Source: Acidobacteriota bacterium
Lineage (GTDB): Bacteria > Acidobacteriota > Terriglobia > 20CM-2-55-15
DNA: 37,893 bases
Reading direction: 5' to 3'
NCBI GenBank assembly: GCA_003222815.1
Contig: QHXC01000424.1
Span: 1 to 37,893, forward strand
In this document: in pieces, positions 36,672 to 37,893 of the stretch
How positions within the stretch are numbered: the stretch's first letter is position 1
How the letters are laid out: each line of letters starts with the position of its first letter
Made by a program: the position numbers and the translations under genes
The notes under the pieces: model-generated
The model's input: the letters and a program-made list of their open reading frames with translations, nothing else
Told to the model about the DNA's origin: nothing
Databases searched by the model: none

Positions 36672-36956
36672 ATGAGCGACAAGAATGTTTCCTCACCGAC
36701 AAAACTATTGTTTTCGAATGTTCCCGTCGATTGCCAGGATGAGTATCTGAGGTTGTGGGTCGAGGCCAGAGGCTATCGTGTGTCGACCTTGACGCTCATA
36801 CGAGATAGCGTGAGCGGTACGTCTCCTAGTTTCGCCTATGTGCAGTTGATGAATCCTTCGAGACTTGATGAGGCCGCGCGTAGTCTGGACGGTCAGACAA
36901 TTCAAGGACTTAAAATCCAGGTCGTTCGCATCGAGTCATTTTCTCAGTCGAAATGA
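36672..36956 (+). CDS. RNA recognition motif (RRM) protein, divergent
   Basis: KLLFSNVP (RNP2), IRDSVSGTSPSFAYVQL (RNP1), LDGQTIQG. Confidence 0.82.
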   Translation: MSDKNVSSPTKLLFSNVPVDCQDEYLRLWVEARGYRVSTLTLIRDSVSGTSPSFAYVQLMNPSRLDEAARSLDGQTIQGLKIQVVRIESFSQSK

Positions 36957-37236
36957 AAACAATTCCCGCACACACCAGCCAAGCTGACGGAATCGCCACG
37001 TACAATCCGGACGACGTTCAGTTTTCCCATAGGTAGCAAGCCGACTCCACTTTTGCTTATCGAGCGATTTGTGTCACAGTAAGCCTCGCTGCCACTCGAG
37101 CTCGACACATTGTACGTGACGCCTCCAGGTGACCCGCTCGAGCACCACACGGCTGGTTTCGCCAAGGTCATGTGCTCAGCGCGCTGCTGATGGAGGCGGT
37201 ACCGCAAAAGAAGTAGGGCGGACAGGAGAGTCTCCA

Positions 37237-37629
37237 ATGAATGAAGAGGCAATAGAACTTCAGAAAAAGATTACACAGCTTTCGGATGAGCAGTTGTTAG
37301 AAATGGTCACAGTTGAATCTGGCGACTACCGCCAAGAGGCACTGGACTACGCGAAAGCTGAACTTACGTCGCGCGGTATCGACTTCGCTCCAGCTTCTGA
37401 CGAAAAAAGGGAGTCCAGCGAGGAAAGTGCAGTACCTCCGCTCGATGCACGTGGTTTGGTTTGTCTTGGTTGTGGCGGACAGATGCGGCCCGGGGCACTG
37501 GTCGCTGAAAAAGAGTTAACGATAGTCTTTACGGATAATCACGAAGAGCGCTTTGTTCGAGTGAATGCCTGCAGCCAGTGTGGGCAATTATCGCTCGTCG
37601 CCGACTATGAGACAGACGTTCAGCCGTGA
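37237..37629 (+). CDS. Hypothetical protein with C-terminal zinc ribbon
   Basis: AGGAG RBS; LSDEQL..DY..EAL..AKAEL..RG N-domain; CLGC...CSQCG. Confidence 0.82.
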   Translation: MNEEAIELQKKITQLSDEQLLEMVTVESGDYRQEALDYAKAELTSRGIDFAPASDEKRESSEESAVPPLDARGLVCLGCGGQMRPGALVAEKELTIVFTDNHEERFVRVNACSQCGQLSLVADYETDVQP

Positions 37630-37674
37630 CTTGTTTAAAAATGGACGAAATAGTGGCATCATTTGTCCCGCCTC

Positions 37675-37893
37675 CTATTCCTCTGACGTCAGGCCTCTCG
37701 TGAGCAGTTTGAAGAAAAGGTTAACCACGCTCAGGACGATCGCGCCGAAGAATGCCGGTAGAAAGCCCCGAATGCTGAAGCCGGGTACGAAAGCCGCCGC
37801 CAGTTTCAACATCACGGCGTTGATGACGAACCAAAATACCCCGAGCGTAATGAGGGTGAGCGGAAACGTCACGATCTTCAAAAACAAACCGAT
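37675..37893 (-). CDS. YvlD/DUF360 (phage holin superfamily IV) membrane protein, partial
   Basis: LKIVTFPLTLITLGVFWFVINA..PGFSI.GF.PAFFGA. Confidence 0.88.
   Translation of the reverse strand: MGLFLKIVTFPLTLITLGVFWFVINAVMLKLAAAFVPGFSIRGFLPAFFGAIVLSVVNLFFKLLTRGLTSEE

Noticed and set aside
36944-37252. 102-aa minus-strand ORF
   Set aside because: Overlaps both flanking genes, low-complexity Ser-rich, no RBS or motif
37675-37893. Prophage signalled by a 'phage holin' gene
   Set aside because: YvlD/DUF360 proteins are common chromosomal genes; no other phage genes are present
1-37893. tRNA, rRNA, transposase, integrase or defence genes
   Set aside because: None recognised by eye in the intergenic gaps or ORF set; tRNAscan and HMM searches were not run

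Overview
A ~56% GC bacterial chromosomal window, most consistent with Acidobacteriota. That taxonomy is inferred from the gene families and intergenic repeats and is not proven. The left two-thirds is mostly housekeeping: fxsA, NUDIX, fabH, ferredoxin, YpdA-like reductase, dapF, MgtC, PfkB kinase, CPBP protease, mtnP, mce, meaB, acyl-CoA dehydrogenase, thiL, lon, hsp20, nrdR, an ECF sigma/anti-sigma/B-box/LiaF-like/DUF4097 cluster, aroK and ccdA. The right third is more accessory: an orphan sigma54-type PAS kinase, a desaturase, unknown secreted and membrane proteins, a GNAT-acyl-CoA synthetase, cytochrome c, cysQ, a TPR protein, a GT-C glycosyltransferase and an RRM protein. I found no rRNA, tRNA, CRISPR array, transposase or prophage. 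Most notable: (1) four genes (dapF, pfkB, lon, a zinc-ribbon membrane gene) each lack an internal block of about 30-37 codons, probably assembly mis-joins; (2) several families of small palindromic or tandem repeats, some inside coding sequence (in-frame in thiL, and one supplying the same C-terminus EKMGT-stop to two convergent genes); (3) candidate structured RNAs, the best at 1180-1303; (4) decayed Ser/Thr kinase and USP gene remnants; (5) several uncharacterised proteins and modules. I cannot show a wholly new system from sequence alone; the findings are candidates.
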